Shown: positions 1 to 13,929, counted from the first letter of the stretch. The stretch is DNA of 64,000 bases from Adineta ricciae (GCA_905250025.1 CAJNOJ010000062.1:237974-301973), one strand, 5' to 3'. Made by a program: numbers and translations. Notes: generated by a model not told the origin, from the letters alone.

Positions 1-1604
1 CACACTATCACGATTATCGGACAGAAACTGGATCAGACTAGAAAATAAAGACATAAAACCAAAGAATTGATCGGAAGATTGTTGAAAACCTTTTGATAGG
101 AATAATATTATTCTCTCGATCGAGTGTCTCATGAATGAGTTTCGAGTGAATCTTTTCCAAACAGTTCAAACTCGACAGGTTTCTCAACAATTGATTATGT
201 CCATATTCAAACAACTGTTTGGTCCATTTCTCAAACGAACAAAATCGCTAACATCCACCGAAAATCAGTCAATTTGTCATACTCGAGCGACTTCCGACGA
301 TTTAAAAACGAAGTGCACGGTACGGAAATTGTGAGATGGTACAAATGTGTTGCCATATGAAAGCGTCAGCCATTTTGTGGCAAACCATCCATCCAGTAGA
401 TGAAGCTTTAGCTCAGGACAATTCTTCGCTTCCTAGAATCTCAAAAATGACTCGAAATTTCAATCAATCAATCGAATCCTACCGGTGGAATTGTCACCTG
501 TGAACCAGTTCGCGTATCGTGAATTAACGCTAGATCGAAACATTCGACTTTCTTTCAAACACAAATCAATTAGAAACATGACGAACAAAAATTCACAATC
601 ATATCTACCTGTATAGTTTTATTCGGCGATACTTCCGTTTGCTGGTAGACACATATCAAATAGAAACCTTTGGCGTCGATAGATAGCTTAACTTCGATGG
701 GTTTCTAACGATAAAGAAGAAAGATGATTACATGACGTAATAGGAATCATTTACCAAAGGCTTTTTATTATCTTCTGGCCATTTGAATGCCGCGACTCCA
801 TTCTGGAACTCAACTGGAATTTCGTTAAATTTTAACGTTGAAACATGACTTGTTGTTGCACTCATTGAATACAAATGTGTATTGAAGGTTATAACATGGA
901 ATAGGATGAGTTGTCGTTCTTACGAAGACATTTTCTTCTTTCGATTAGTGTAGCTATTCTGTTCTGTTGATAAACTCTCTTCCTTTTTTTTTTCTTCGTG
1001 CTTTACTTTCGTATTTATACACGAGAAAAAAAAATGAAAATAAGTAAAAACGAATGTGAATAGACGTTGATGGATGAAAGGAAAAGAACTGAGTGAGTTT
1101 TGTCAATAAAACATCGACGAATGATCCATGAGTTAACAGAAATGAAGATTTCGATGGCGTTTGGAAGAGTAAAGTTCTCGAGTTCTTCATGATTTTCAAT
1201 CTCAATGTAAAGTCACGACGTATCATGACAAATAGACAGTCTATTTTTAAGCATTCTTCTCCTTTAAACATCATCATGAAATTTTATAGAAAAAAGAAAA
1301 AAAAATGAAGTTCAAGACATTTGTAAAACAAGAGAAAAAAAACAAAAATTCAGAGGCACAAGAAGAAAAGAAGTGAATGAACAACAACATCAACAAACAA
1401 GAAGAAAAAAAAAGTAAACAAAACCGAAATCGTTCAATACCACAGACAATACTCTTGTCTTACATTCAAACGTATGTATCTTTGCTTGCTTTGGTGAATT
1501 TGCAATAAACAAAAGACGAAGAAGAATTTATCATTTGACAATGGTAGAGAGAAAAATAAATAAGTAAGAAATAGATGCACAACAAATAGATACACGAATA
1601 GAGG

Positions 1605-2932
1605 TCATGCTGTCGTGATGATATCAATGGTATTAGTTCCGTTATGTGGATAGAAAAATGTCTGTCCACTGTGTGCTAACGACTGATGATGGTGATGATG
1701 GTGTTGATGTTGATGATGATGATCATGGTAGATGAAATAATCATCGTTGGTATTAGTATTATTGTTTGTATCGACAAGATGTTTAAGTATTGTTGTGGAA
1801 GATGGTGACGAACAACAACAATCATTTGGTAAAGAAGAAGAAAAGGAAGACGAAAGTGTATTATCACTTAAATCAAGATAATCACCCCCACCATGTAGTG
1901 AGACGTCAACATCATCGTCATCCGATATTGACACAACAGGTACGGCAAAATTGGTTTGAGCAAGCCAGTACGCATCCGTCGTTGATGGGTGATACATTGA
2001 TGGCGATGTTCTCAGATCATTGACTGGTAATAATACTTTATCCGAATCATAAGTCGATGAATGGGAAGAAGAAGAAGAAGTATACTGTTGTTGCTGTTGA
2101 TTAATAGTTTCGATTTCATCATTTACTAATGTTGATGATAATGGAGACATATAAAGACTATCTGATGACGATGAACGATATGTTGTTCGATGAGATTGAT
2201 AATACTGTACATGTTCTTGTTCTTCTTGTCTGAGTGGAGGAGTTTTGGTGAATGTTTTCTCTAATCGTTTTATTAGATTACATATCAAGAGACTAACTTG
2301 CAGTTTTGGTTTCTTCACACCACGAAGTTTCCGATAGGATTCCACGAGTACAGAGCGTTTCTGTTCATCATCATGCATGGATGAATATGTACAACGGCGT
2401 TTGACTATCGGTGTACAATAAGATGATTGAATAGTATCACTGTGACGTCGCTGAATGATGGTACAAGGTGATGTTGTTATCATTGTTTTCGAATTTACAT
2501 GGTGTGATTCGTCATCCTCACTCGAACTACCATCGTCGTCGTCGTCGTCATCGTCCTCGTCCTCGTCTTCAACATCCGCGTCATCCTCATCAGACTCGTC
2601 GTTATTCACATAATCGAGTGATGTTGACATGTGATCAAGTGTTGGCTTCGATGAAGTATCATCTTCATAGTCTAAAAATAATGCAAACGTGATTAAGTCA
2701 ATTCGCTTTGAAACGACAAGTATACTCAACAGTGAAATAGGACTGTACTTTTTACTTCGAACAGAAGTTTTCTCATAGTACGAACGGATGCGACTCAATC
2801 CAGTCTTTCCTTTCTACAGCTTTCCTCGTACATTTCAGCCAATGGTTACAAACCTGACAGTTTTCGTTTGACATTTGCATAAGATCTGTGTTCATTATCT
2901 TCATCATGTTCGGGATAAAACTGTGCATTCAT
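1605..2932 (-). CDS. Low-complexity Ser/Asp/His-rich hypothetical protein, 2 exons (2854..2932 and 1605..2809)
   Basis: 397-aa minus ORF with an acidic DE tract, poly-Ser/Gln and a His-Gln repeat. An upstream 26-codon exon (MNAQFYPEHDEDNEH...) ends at a GTTTGT donor and joins in frame at a weak acceptor. No recognisable domain. The gene model is weak. Confidence 0.3.
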
Positions 2933-5900
2933 GTTTGTCGACGGAGGCAATGATTTGTACAGGGGAAGATTGTCACACATCATCAATTGATCTCTAAATT
3001 AGTGAAATATCGTTAGGTTGATACTTATCGTTTAACATATTTTGAAATCAATATTTCTCTTCTCTTTTCTATTGTCATTCTTTCATTAGACATTCATATA
3101 CTCATTCACTTGTTTGACAATCAGCTGTTTTTTATGATCCTCCTCCTCCTCCTTCACACGCATTTAAGACACCTTTTTTTATATAAAACAATGTAGAACA
3201 AAACTCAATGAATCGTTTGCGCACTAGAACACTTTTTGAAAACTTGTCAAGTATCCGTCAGAAAACCACAAAAACAACATCTTTCGAACCTTCAATTACA
3301 ATGAACAAAGAAAGCATTACTTACAAAGTTTTCAATGAAGTTTTCTACGTCGATCTATTCGAACACTATTCACGTGTTTCCATAGACGGTTTTCGTCAAA
3401 AGTGTTCATAAAAAAATAACTCGAATCATTTATCTAAAACAAAACATCAACGAACATTGTCGAACGATTGTGATAATAAGAATACATATTAACGAATGTA
3501 TATCTATGTGGGTGGATGAATGGATGGATAATGGGAAAACTGTCAAACGCGCGCAATTTCTCGAGCTGTTTTCCCATTGACGACACAGAAGGATATAAGA
3601 GACAGTAAAGGAGAAAAGGAAAAACCATAGTGAACATGAGAGGAAAAACGCGTTGAGAAAGTTGCTAACAATTCTTTCTTCTCCTTCTCCTTCTTCTTTT
3701 TTCCTTCCTTCTTGGTTTTTCATATAGAACAACCAACATGTTTGTTAAAAAAAAAGAAAGATGGTGTTGGTGGTGGGGATGACAGTAAGCGCACCTCGTT
3801 CTCGTCGACAATAACACAGCAGCAGCAGCACACAGCACTGACGAGGAAAACTCTTCCATCGCGCGATGGCGGTAGTATAGGTACAGCCTTCTTCTTTTTT
3901 TTCTTGTTCTCTTCTCATCGAAGCTACAAACACATCCACACACACAGATGCATACACGCACCATTTTTTCCTGCGCGGTCGCTCGCTGACGACCATTTTG
4001 TCTGCAGTTTATATATTGCTTTTTTTCTTTTCTTTCCTTTCCTTGCTGCTGCTTGGTTAAGGTTTTCTTTCGCTCGTATATGCGTACACACTGAAGACAA
4101 CTAGCGCTGATGTGTATACATGCATATGTGTATGCGTTTTTCTTTCTTTTTTTTTCTTCTCATTCTATTCGCTGGGCGAAATGCGAACGGATTTGTTTGA
4201 CTTCTTTCCTCTCCTTTTTCTTTCCCTTGCATCGACCGCACGCATGCTCGTCGTCGATTCATTATTCACATATATATATATGTGTGTGTGTATGTGCTCG
4301 TACCAAGTGAGCGATGGTTGAAAGAGAACACACCATCAATACGAGGATACATCGAGCATTAGTCGGCAAAGTTGAAGAATTTTTCTTGCTGCTTAGAAAG
4401 AGAGAAGAGCGACACAAAAAGAATCGTACATATACATAGATGGCGTGAATAAACGAGATTAAAAGAAATTTGAAATTTGATGTTGTATTATTCGGAAGCA
4501 AAAACCGTCTTGTATTGTCTAATAATGCTAACCATCAGTGATTGTATGTCCAATCGACAATGATTTGTTTGTATTATCCAATAAGAATGTGCTGCTTTTC
4601 ATATGCTCGTGCCTTAGGATATTAGATTAGTTAATATTATTACATTCTTCGTTGTCTACGGTTTGTAGGCGTTCATAGTTTCTTCGTCCTATCCTTGCGC
4701 TTGGCGCCGTATGCTGTTTAGACATTTTCTCTCATTTGTTATTCGTCGATTTCATTCTATCTATCTTTCTCAACAGCAGACTAATGCAATACTTGCGAAC
4801 AAATATACTTCTCCATACGTTAAGCAGCAGAAGTTAACAGAGGAAAAGAAAAGGGCGAAGGTAGAATGTTCTTGCCGACATCGTACTAATCGATCCAGTG
4901 CTAAACATGACGATAAGCCTCTAGGACAATACTAGTATTAAAAAATGAACACCACCGAAAGGATATCTTGTTGATCTATCAATGCACTTTCTGTAAACAG
5001 ACGGGTTGAGAAGAGAAGGTGTTTTCTTAAAAGATAATTTCAGAGATGACCAATGATTTGTGCATGAAATATTTTAACAAGATTGGAAAAAAAGAATGAT
5101 TTTATTCCAATGAATGTTTATTTGAAAAACCAATTCTGATGATGTACATCTTAATAGTGACTTGTCAATCGTCTTAACAATTCGAGGCGCTGACAAATAT
5201 TTACCCATCAAATTTGAATAAAGCATGTTTTACATATTCGAGAATTAACAATCGAAATCTCATGAAATCGATACCAGTGACGACTATTTCAAACGCACAA
5301 TCTTATTCCATCCATTTTTTTCTTATAAACTAACATTGTGTCCATTGAAAACGATATGCTAGTGGTATTATATAGAAATCGAGAAAACATAGTGGCTCTT
5401 CAATCACAATATGATTACCGTTTTAATGATATTAGAGATTCTAAGTATGTCCGGCATCAATTATCTATTATTCTACGCTATCGAATGAATAGATTGGATT
5501 ATTTCGCGATAGCTGAGTTAAAATGAAACATTCGTACGGTCAGTATCTCTAGGGAGAATGCAGAATCATCCATGAGTTTCATTGTTAGTGAGAGACTTGA
5601 CCGAAAAATATTCATTAGCTGTATGGGAATGCTCTGGTCAGACGGGAAATCAGTCGAGTGAAGGAGATGAAAGGCAAAGAAAAGTCGAATTCATTCATAA
5701 CTTTCATAACTAGTGAAATAAATACATGTGTTGAGAACGGTTTTCCAAAGAAAACTGATGCATAAATAGTTCGTGAATCGTGAAGGATTATCTGTTGTTT
5801 TCTGATTGGTAAATGAAAAGCGCCTATGTCCGTTAACTTCTCTCATCGCATAGAGTCGCATAGCATCGCAACGCATCGTATCTTTCATCCAGTGAAATCC

Positions 5901-6305
5901 TTTTCTCCTGATGAATCATCTATTTTCAACATGGCTTTTCATTTTTTTTTTCTTCTTCTTCTCATTTTGGCTTGTTTCTCTTTTTCTCAATCCGTCTCTA
6001 GTTGTTAACACAGTCATGGGCGAAAATTATTAGATTAGAGAATGAAGAGGCCGAAGAAAAAAGTAAAAACGTCGAGTATACTTTCTTTGCGAATATCTTC
6101 GTCTTCTTCTTCTTTTTTTTTCTTCTTATCAGTTGAACACGTATGCATCATATACACATTCTCAGTTACTTTGCTGTATTTTTTATTTCAGTTGTCATGT
6201 TTTAATCATGTTACTAGCGAACTTATCTTTTCTCAATGAATCATAGCAATCAATATTAATTTAATCCGAAAACTTCGAATTTGAACGACATCCGAGATAC
6301 TAAAT

Positions 6306-7934
6306 ATGGGTCATCCTTACTTAACTGACGAACAATTAGAGAATTGGAAGAATCTGAAAGGAACCGTGAAATCTTCACCGAATTATATCGATGTTGTTCA
6401 AGGTATTTGGCAGACAATAACATGGTATTACGCTCCACATATGTGGCAAGGTTATGTCTTTCCTCAATCATTCATCGATGAATTTCTCCGATTCTTTTAT
6501 TTTCCATTAAACCAAGTTTATTATATAATTTTTATCGCTATAGGTATCACATTATTACGTTATGCATTTGAAAGATATGTATGCAAGGTGAGTGCAACGA
6601 AACTGACATTTTTCTTGCATTGATATCGCTCAATGATTTTTAGCCGTTGGTTAATTGGCTTGAGCTAACAACATTGAATAAAAACAAGTTTCCCGAATCT
6701 GCATGGAAATGCTTATTTTACACATGTACATGGTCTTTTAATATTTATTTATTGAGCTATCGTTATGATTATTTTCAAGAACCATATCTGATTTGGGATG
6801 GTAAGTTCTTCTATGGCAAAACACACGAAACAAAACTCTTTTGAATTAATAGACTGGGCACCTGGCATGCCGGTTCCATTTGATATTCAGATAATGTATT
6901 TCGTCCAATGTGGGTTTTACTTACATTCCATATATGGAACACTTTGCATGGATTACAAACGAAAAGATTTCTATGCCATGCTTTTACATCATGTGTTAAC
7001 AATGACACTTATCTTCGTTTCTTACGCAACGCGGTACGATATATATAGAGAGAGAAAGATAGGTGACTTTGAATTTGAAATTGTCATTTTAGTTACCACA
7101 AAATTGGTTTACTTGTGCTCTTTGTCCATGATATCACTGATATATGGCTTGAATTAGCAAAAGTACTACACTACCTCTTTCTGAGAAAAGGAGGTCGAAA
7201 ATGTCCACGATGGGAAACTGCAGCCAACGTTTGTTTTGTTATGTTTTTACTTAGCTGGTATGTACAGATGTGCTGAATATAGAAAAGGAAACAATCGAAT
7301 ATGATTAGATGACGACGAGAAAAATGAGAACTCATTAAAATGACCACCCTTAGCGTTAAGAAAACAATTCAATAACAGAAGGATAGATTTATGATCTAAT
7401 CATTTAGTTAACATGAAAATCATCGTTTAATAAAAAGAAATATACAATTAGAAACACAATTTAGTGAAGATTTTGCACATAGAAAACTTTATAATCGAAG
7501 TTCTTTTATGTTCATTAGGTTTTTATTCCGTCTTTATTGGTATCCAATAAAAGTCTTATATTCCACCGGCGTTGTGACTGCTCATCGAGCTTATGATAAA
7601 GGTTGTGGCCTATATGGATTTTTCAATTCCCTCTTGTGGATTCTCTGTTGCCTCAATATTTATTGGCTATACGTAAGTATATCATCAAACAATTGCTGAT
7701 CTAATCTTGTTTCTTCCTCTGTCATAGTTCATACTGCAACTTCTATTTCGAGTATTATCTGGTTCATCAGATGGCTTAGAAGATACGCGTGAAGATGAAG
7801 AAGCAGGGTAAGTTTCAAGAAAGTTTATTTATGTGTTGCAATATTTTCCTGTTTATAGACCATCGTCAACGCCGACAAGTACTCCTACCAAGAATCTGTT
7901 GAAAGAAGGATTGGAGAAAAAGAAGAAGAAGTAA
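6306..7934 (+). CDS. Ceramide synthase (Lag1p/TLC-domain), 7 exons: 6306..6587, 6644..6800, 6853..7033, 7093..7257, 7519..7672, 7728..7807, 7859..7934
   Basis: The spliced protein carries the Lag1 motif RKDFYAMLLHHVLTMTLIFVSY, with the conserved HH, and HDITDIWLELAKVLHY. It has multiple TM helices. All junctions are GT-AG and in frame, and match the ORF-track frames for 6306, 6647, 6798 and 7508. The C-terminal tail is K/E/S/T-rich. Confidence 0.85.
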
Positions 7935-8046
7935 TGATTTCATACACTACAATGCTAGACATTTCTTTTCTAAACGTTTTCATGGCGGTTGCTTTTTTGT
8001 TTTACTTCTTTCCAGTTTTGTTTGTTTGTTTTTGTCTCCTTTCTTC

Positions 8047-8062
8047 GCTCTCTCTCTCTCTC
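8047..8062. repeat. (TC)n microsatellite
   Basis: Visible tctctctctctctc run. Confidence 0.8.
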
Positions 8063-8637
8063 TTTTCTTGCATCTCTATTCATCAGTTTGTCTAATCGTT
8101 TTGTGATGTGTCTTCCACCACTGAGTATGTGTTTCATCCCGTTTTGTCAGTGTGGTAGTTAAAAACGAATAGTCTATTTTCATTTTCTTATCAATAACAG
8201 AAATTTTTCAAGAGGAAAAAAGCGAACGACTGATGATAAACAGTGAACAAATACAAACAGATCGACTTCTTGTCATCCTTGCGAATCCATGATTATCTTT
8301 GTTTGTTTTTCTTTCTACGTACTTGTATATAATCGTACAATGCGTGTTCTATTTCATATCCGTGTGCACAACAAGATCGAGAAAGGGAATAAATCAATTC
8401 TCGCGACAAGTACATTGAACCGTAGTCTTCTATTTAAATCAACTATAACTTGTGCTCGACAAAATCGTTCCCTCAAATGAATACGCTAGAGACAAATACA
8501 TTGAATAGTGAACTTTATTGAATCAACAATCATCATGTACAGTAACAAACAACTAATATTGACATAGTTAACTAATTTTAGGAGACAAGAGGAAACTAAA
8601 CATAAAGTCGTACAATACAAACATTATATATTACTTA

Positions 8638-10402
8638 TTATTGATGTTCATTCCTGTAATCAAACTGCCACCATGTGGTATGAATAGCTTGAGATGGATA
8701 AACGACTAATGTTGGACCGTAACTTGACTAGAACACATAATAAGACAAAAGTCAGTCATTTGTTCTTTCGTCTCGGCAGATAGCTTACCATTGATTGGTA
8801 TACAGGCGATTGTTTTGGACTGATGCGAATACCAGACATATCTGAAGCGGTTGATTGACGATTTGATAAGCCAACTCCGAATGGATCAACGATCACGCCT
8901 GCATGATCAGAGAAGATTTGCATAGTTGTTTTCGTTTCATCGTCTGTTAATCTACGAAGGAGAGAGGATAGAGAAGAGATTAACTAAATCATTGATGCTT
9001 ACGTGGCGACAAGGTTTTTTCCAAGTCCAGCCTCATCGAGTCGGTAAAAGTAATTCGTTGCATCGGTTAGCTTAGTAACAGATTGTCCTTGCATCATGAG
9101 ATTCTGTTGCATTTGTTCACTTGTTTTGATGTTGATAGGTTTTGAAGGACCGAGTGTCAGATGATGCTAAACAAACTCAGATTAGCCAACATTTCTATTG
9201 AATTGTTCGCTTACTGTGCTCAAATCTCCGTAACCACGTAAGTTGAAATAAATGTTATTTGTTGGGTCAACAACCATTTGTTCATTGATTGGTGGCGAAA
9301 CAATCGTTTTCATGATGAATTGATTATCATTCGATGAGGAAAATTCATAGATAACTTCAATGTATTCTCGTACAAAACGAACTCGTGATGGTTTATCAAC
9401 ATTGCCATACATAATCCAGTCGTCCTTGTAGGCGTTCAAAAATGGATAATTCAATGGTAGCTGATTGATCATATTCATTGAATTGACGATTTCATCAAAA
9501 CCAAATCGTACTGCACCGAAATGATAGTTTTCATTCTTATTTTTGAGAACAATTGACCGATTTTGTCGGCGGCCAATACTATCTGTGTATGGGATAAGGA
9601 TATCAGTGATAGCTGCGCCACGGCGTGAAACAGTAATGACGAGACCACTTAAAGCTGGATGAGTAATATTGAAATAAGGTTCGTTGATCGGTGTTTCTGT
9701 CCAAGTGAACGGATCTCCGAATTGATAAACGAAAGGCGCACGAGATGCACCGCGTAGCTGTTGTTGCTTACGATTTGACTAAAACATAAGATTCATATCA
9801 ATGATTACTTATAGGATATCTTTCTCATGTATTCTTTAATTATAAACTGTGTTTGTCCTTGAAATAGCTTCTATATTGACAATATCTGTATACATACACT
9901 GTGATAATTGTCTCTCTCACTCATGAATCCTTGTTAGAGATGTGTATTTTTCATCTATTCAATCTCAAACAAACAATACTATTTTCAATAGACTTACTCC
10001 GCCGTGATTGGTAAAAATAAATGCAAGGCTACAAAGGAATAGTGCAAAACAAACAATAGCCAGAGCTAGAAAGAGCTTGTTCACTGATGAATACGGTTTC
10101 GCTTTATCTGGATGTTCAAAGCCATCATCAATTTGCATTTCATGTGGTTTGCCAAGTTTTAAGTTATTCGTTTGTTCGTGACCATTAGCTTTCGCTGCTG
10201 CGAGAGCTACATCGTGTGCCTGGTAGTTGACATCCATACGTGCTTGGAAATTTCCATCGACATTCGTTTGATCAACTGGCTCCAAAGGAATAGAAACAAG
10301 CGCATCGATTGTCGAATTTTCAGGCGCGACAGGTTGAGCGTTGAGTGGACTGCCCCCATCTGGATTGATGTGCGTAGCTGATTTTAGAACCACGTTGTCC
10401 AT
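8638..10402 (-). CDS. Type II single-pass membrane protein with a ~330-aa lumenal domain of unknown function, 5 exons: 9998..10402, 9215..9778, 9003..9166, 8789..8951, 8638..8727
   Basis: N-terminal cytoplasmic tail, one TM helix (LFLALAIVCFALFLCSLAFIF), then a lumenal domain (…FGDPFTWTETPINEPYFNITHP…HFGAVRFGFDEIVNS…WIMYGNVDKPSRVRFVREY…). The four introns are 48-219 nt with GTAAGT/GTAAGC donors, all in frame. The topology resembles Golgi glycosyltransferases or glycosidases, but I recognise no family. Confidence 0.55.
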
Positions 10403-11107
10403 CTTCTTGTGAAAGGCAACAAGACAAGATTTGAAATGAGTGACGAATATGTATCGCTATACTTTTCTTTTCTGTTTCTCGTCCGTACGAACAAAGGATA
10501 TAAACGAGTAAGAGAGAGAGAAGGGTAGGAGAACGAATCAGTCTCTCTTTCTTGAGGGAGAAGAATAAACGGTCAGTTCGTAGATGAGTGTATATCCAAT
10601 ACAGTTCAATATAATATCTAATTAATGAAATGGAAGACTTGAAAGATGATCAAATGATAGCTGACGTTCGTCTGTTTTAATATCGAACATATGTGTGAAT
10701 TGCTGAGCAGTTCATCCAATTACAGATATCGAGGTGTGCACATGATGCTCGGGTAATGTCGCACATTCGACATGCCATAAAAAGTCAATGTCAATTAAGC
10801 GTGTGAGCGTGGTTCAAATCGATTGACTAATACAACAGAGAAAAGTAGCTTTGCTTTTCATTTGAATGTGTATCGCCTTTTCATCGGTATCAGCGGATTA
10901 AGATCATATGCTGATCAAAATATTTTCAATGGATCAATTACATTTTGAAGTGCCTAATTGAAGTGAGACGTTATCTTAGTTCTATGATTACATCTAATAC
11001 CTTGTTTTATCTTGCCTAGTTCAAACATCATTTGAATTTCTTTTATAAACTAACTGTTTAAAGAATCATCATATTACTTCGAAAAATACAGCACATAGAA
11101 AATCTAC

Positions 11108-13168
11108 TCAAACGTCATCGTCATTGGCGCCGATGCCAATCACATCTAATGTATCCCTGCAACTAGCTGCATCTTCGATGGTCATCGATTGCTTTGAGTC
11201 AGCAAATTTTTCGACAGTTTGTAGACGTTGACCAAGTGATGTCATGTTGGCAGAGTATTCGCCCATGAGTCGTGCTAAGCGTGTTTCTAAGTTATCAATA
11301 TTACTTTCTAGACGGCTAACTTTTTCAGGAATGGCGGCTTCGTCTTCTTGTGCTGTTTGAGCGGCTTCTTCATCTAAGAGATTATCTTTTCGTAAATGTG
11401 CTTTGCCACGGTCAATTAACGTTTCACGTGCTGATGGATACTCAGCTAAGACTTCCCATAGATCTTGTTTTGTTAAACAAAATAAATCAGAATAACCCAC
11501 ACTACGAATATTCGCCGTACGACGATTACCAGTTTTACTACCTAAAAAATTAGCGTTTGAGTACAGAATAGCTTGATTTCGATGAAGTAGTCTCACCTGG
11601 AATGTTGAGAATAGAAATTTCACCGAATACACTTCCTTCTTCTAAAGTAACAAATACTTTTGCACCATCATCGGATACAACACTCAATCGACCGCGTTTT
11701 ATTATGTACATTTCTTTCCCAATGTCACCTAACAGAAATGACGCACATTTCGAGAATAGTTCAAATAAACAAAGTCGAATGTTACCTTTGCGACAAACAT
11801 AATCGCCTGGACTAAAAATTTGCAATTTCAATCTTGTAACCAATTCGACTAGTAGACCAGGTTGAGCTTCAGCAAAGATCGGCACTCGTTTCAATGCTGC
11901 CAGATGAACATGTATAGCAATTTCTACCCGTAATTTTTGTGGTAATGCGCCTTGAGAAATAAAAACCGAATATTAATCGTATTCAACCGATTTCTTTCTC
12001 ATACCTAAGACCATATCTTCATTTGCAACTTGTTTTTGCAACCATAAATAATCGAACCAAGTGATAACTCGTCGTTCTAAATCTTTTCCAACCTTACGGA
12101 AGACCATATATTGTTTGACCTGATCGACCTTTTGTCGAAAATCAGCACGAACTGCATTCATGCTGGCAATAATTGAACCGACGTTTCCAACAACTACATA
12201 CAGTCGTTTTCTCGTTCAAATGACCCAATTGAACAAATTTACTTACTGGTAGCAAAAATCAACACTCCCGTAAGAAAATCAGCAGTTACGAATAGAACTT
12301 CGATCTAAATGGTACAGAAAAAGAAATCTTTGAGGATGAAACAAAGCACAAGGCAATCATATGTCTTTAAAATAGGCCATTTTATTGCTGGCTATTAATC
12401 TGAATTCTTCGCCAAGATTAACATGAATGAAAGATCGAAATTCGTCAACTTACATCGGTTTCAGGTGGTGGAACTTCGCCGATGTTTGTTAACACAAGTG
12501 TTGACCAGAAAAAGCAGTAGAGATACTGGGTTGTTAACGTATTTGCCGATGGTTTCGTCATATTATAAACCCAATCATCTGTTGAGAAGCCGATCCACCG
12601 GCTAATAATGAAATAGAAACACGCATTCCAATGGATAATAATCAGAATAATGATGAGCAACGTAACCAAACGAAACACATTCGGATGATTTGTTTGAGTT
12701 TCGACTTTATCAGAGAATTCAAACGTTCGATAAATTCGAAATAATCGATTGAACCGTATAGCTGGCAGAAGACGAAGTTTCGGAATGAAATAGAGAAAAT
12801 CCGTTGGTAATAATGAGATAATGTCTAGTATGAATGCTCGACTTTTTATATAATGTTTACTTAATTTACCAATATCACGAACAATCAACCCCTGTTCAAG
12901 ATAACCTGAATAAAATACATATGTGAAAACAGAGAAACAGGAAAGTGCTATTCGGAAAAAACCTTTTCGTGTTTGTATAAATGTATCCACGGCATAGCAA
13001 GCATCACAAACATAATCAAGGCATATCCAAACGATGAGTAGACGTTCTTGGAGAAGGAGAAAAGCGCTACGACCAATAAGAGCTATGTAGTTATAAAGAA
13101 CAGCTAACGAAACAATCGATGACCAGTAATAATAAAACGATTGAGAAGGATCGATAACCCAGTTTTTA
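11108..13168 (-). CDS. CNGA: Cyclic-nucleotide-gated cation channel alpha subunit, core exons: 12454..13168 (S1-S6 and pore), 12247..12304, 12005..12193, 11786..11950, 11597..11728, 11108..11541 (C-terminal leucine-zipper/coiled coil)
   Basis: Hallmark motifs: [16 protein letters not shown] before S1; [21 protein letters not shown] (S2-S3); pore [26 protein letters not shown]; C-linker DYLWLQKQV; and the cyclic-nucleotide-binding-domain motif [22 protein letters not shown]…[33 protein letters not shown]. All junctions are GT-AG and consistent with the ORF-track frames. Upstream N-terminal exons are not resolved. Confidence 0.85.
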
Positions 13169-13436
13169 CTAGAATGCGAATATATGTATACATATAATTG
13201 GAATGAAGTGCAACTTCGAACCTATTTTCGTCTTGAATAGCTTGAATTTTCGTCGATGGTGCGAATTTCTCCAGAAACGAATCAGTCCGTTGAGGAATAA
13301 CTTGTCGTTCTTGGTTTCTTTGTATCCATCGTCGGACACGCTGTTAACAGAAGATAAAACAATGACTTTTCCATTCAAAATACACAACATCAAGTCAAAT
13401 TTCAACAATATCTAACATGCACTCTACTTACGCCCA

Positions 13437-13782
13437 CGATATTTACTGCATTCTGAAAGATGTATGCGTAGAAAATCCAAGCAAAATAGGATGAGACTTG
13501 CAAACAAACCTGTGCTCGTCGAACAAGATTGTAGAAACTGCTTTGTTCCTGGTGTGGCTGTTGCAAAGGTGTAGTAGCTAATCTTTGAATAACATTGGTG
13601 GAATTCGTTGAAGTTTCTTCATTAGGTTGTCGAGCTGAATATGCAACCGAAGGCGGTTGAGTGTGATTATTCATCACAACATAAGGCGCAGTACGTCGAT
13701 GTTGACGATCGGACGGTGATCTCATCTGAGGAGAATCTTCCCGATCATATCGAATATCTAGAAGAAAAACGCTCCAGATCAA
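13437..13782 (-). CDS. Possible 5' (N-terminal cytoplasmic) exon(s) of the CNG channel gene
   Basis: The minus ORF encodes a Ser/Gln/Pro-rich segment ending …FYNLVRRAQ at a GTTTGT donor, directly upstream of the S1 exon. I could not make an unambiguous splice chain, and a 21-nt micro-exon would be needed. Confidence 0.25.
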
Positions 13783-13908
13783 AGATCTGTTTCAGTTATT
13801 ATGCACAGAAACATGATTCAGTTCATCAAATATCCTTCTATTCATTCATTTCTTACTCACTTCTTATGCGTGTTTATTTCTAAGAAATGAATGGATGTGA
13901 AGAGAAAA

Positions 13909-13929
13909 AAGAGAGAGAGAGAGAGAGAG
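13909..13929. repeat. (GA)n microsatellite, followed by a (CA)n run at 14052..14064
   Basis: gagagagagagagagagagagc and cacacacacacat visible. Confidence 0.8.

Noticed and set aside
1605-2798. A 397-aa ORF that might be a substantial novel gene.
   Set aside because: It is composed almost entirely of low-complexity Ser/Asp/His/Gln tracts with no domain signature. I kept it only as a low-confidence hypothetical CDS.
3665-4321. A cluster of overlapping ORFs on both strands.
   Set aside because: They coincide with simple-sequence and pyrimidine-rich repeats. Mutual overlap in several frames is typical of ORF-caller artefacts.
13169-13415. Two overlapping small ORFs just upstream of the CNG channel S1 exon, which looked like a separate small gene.
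   Set aside because: The minus ORF is read-through of the CNG intron and exon boundary (acceptor cattctag at 13169/13170). The plus ORF is its antisense shadow.
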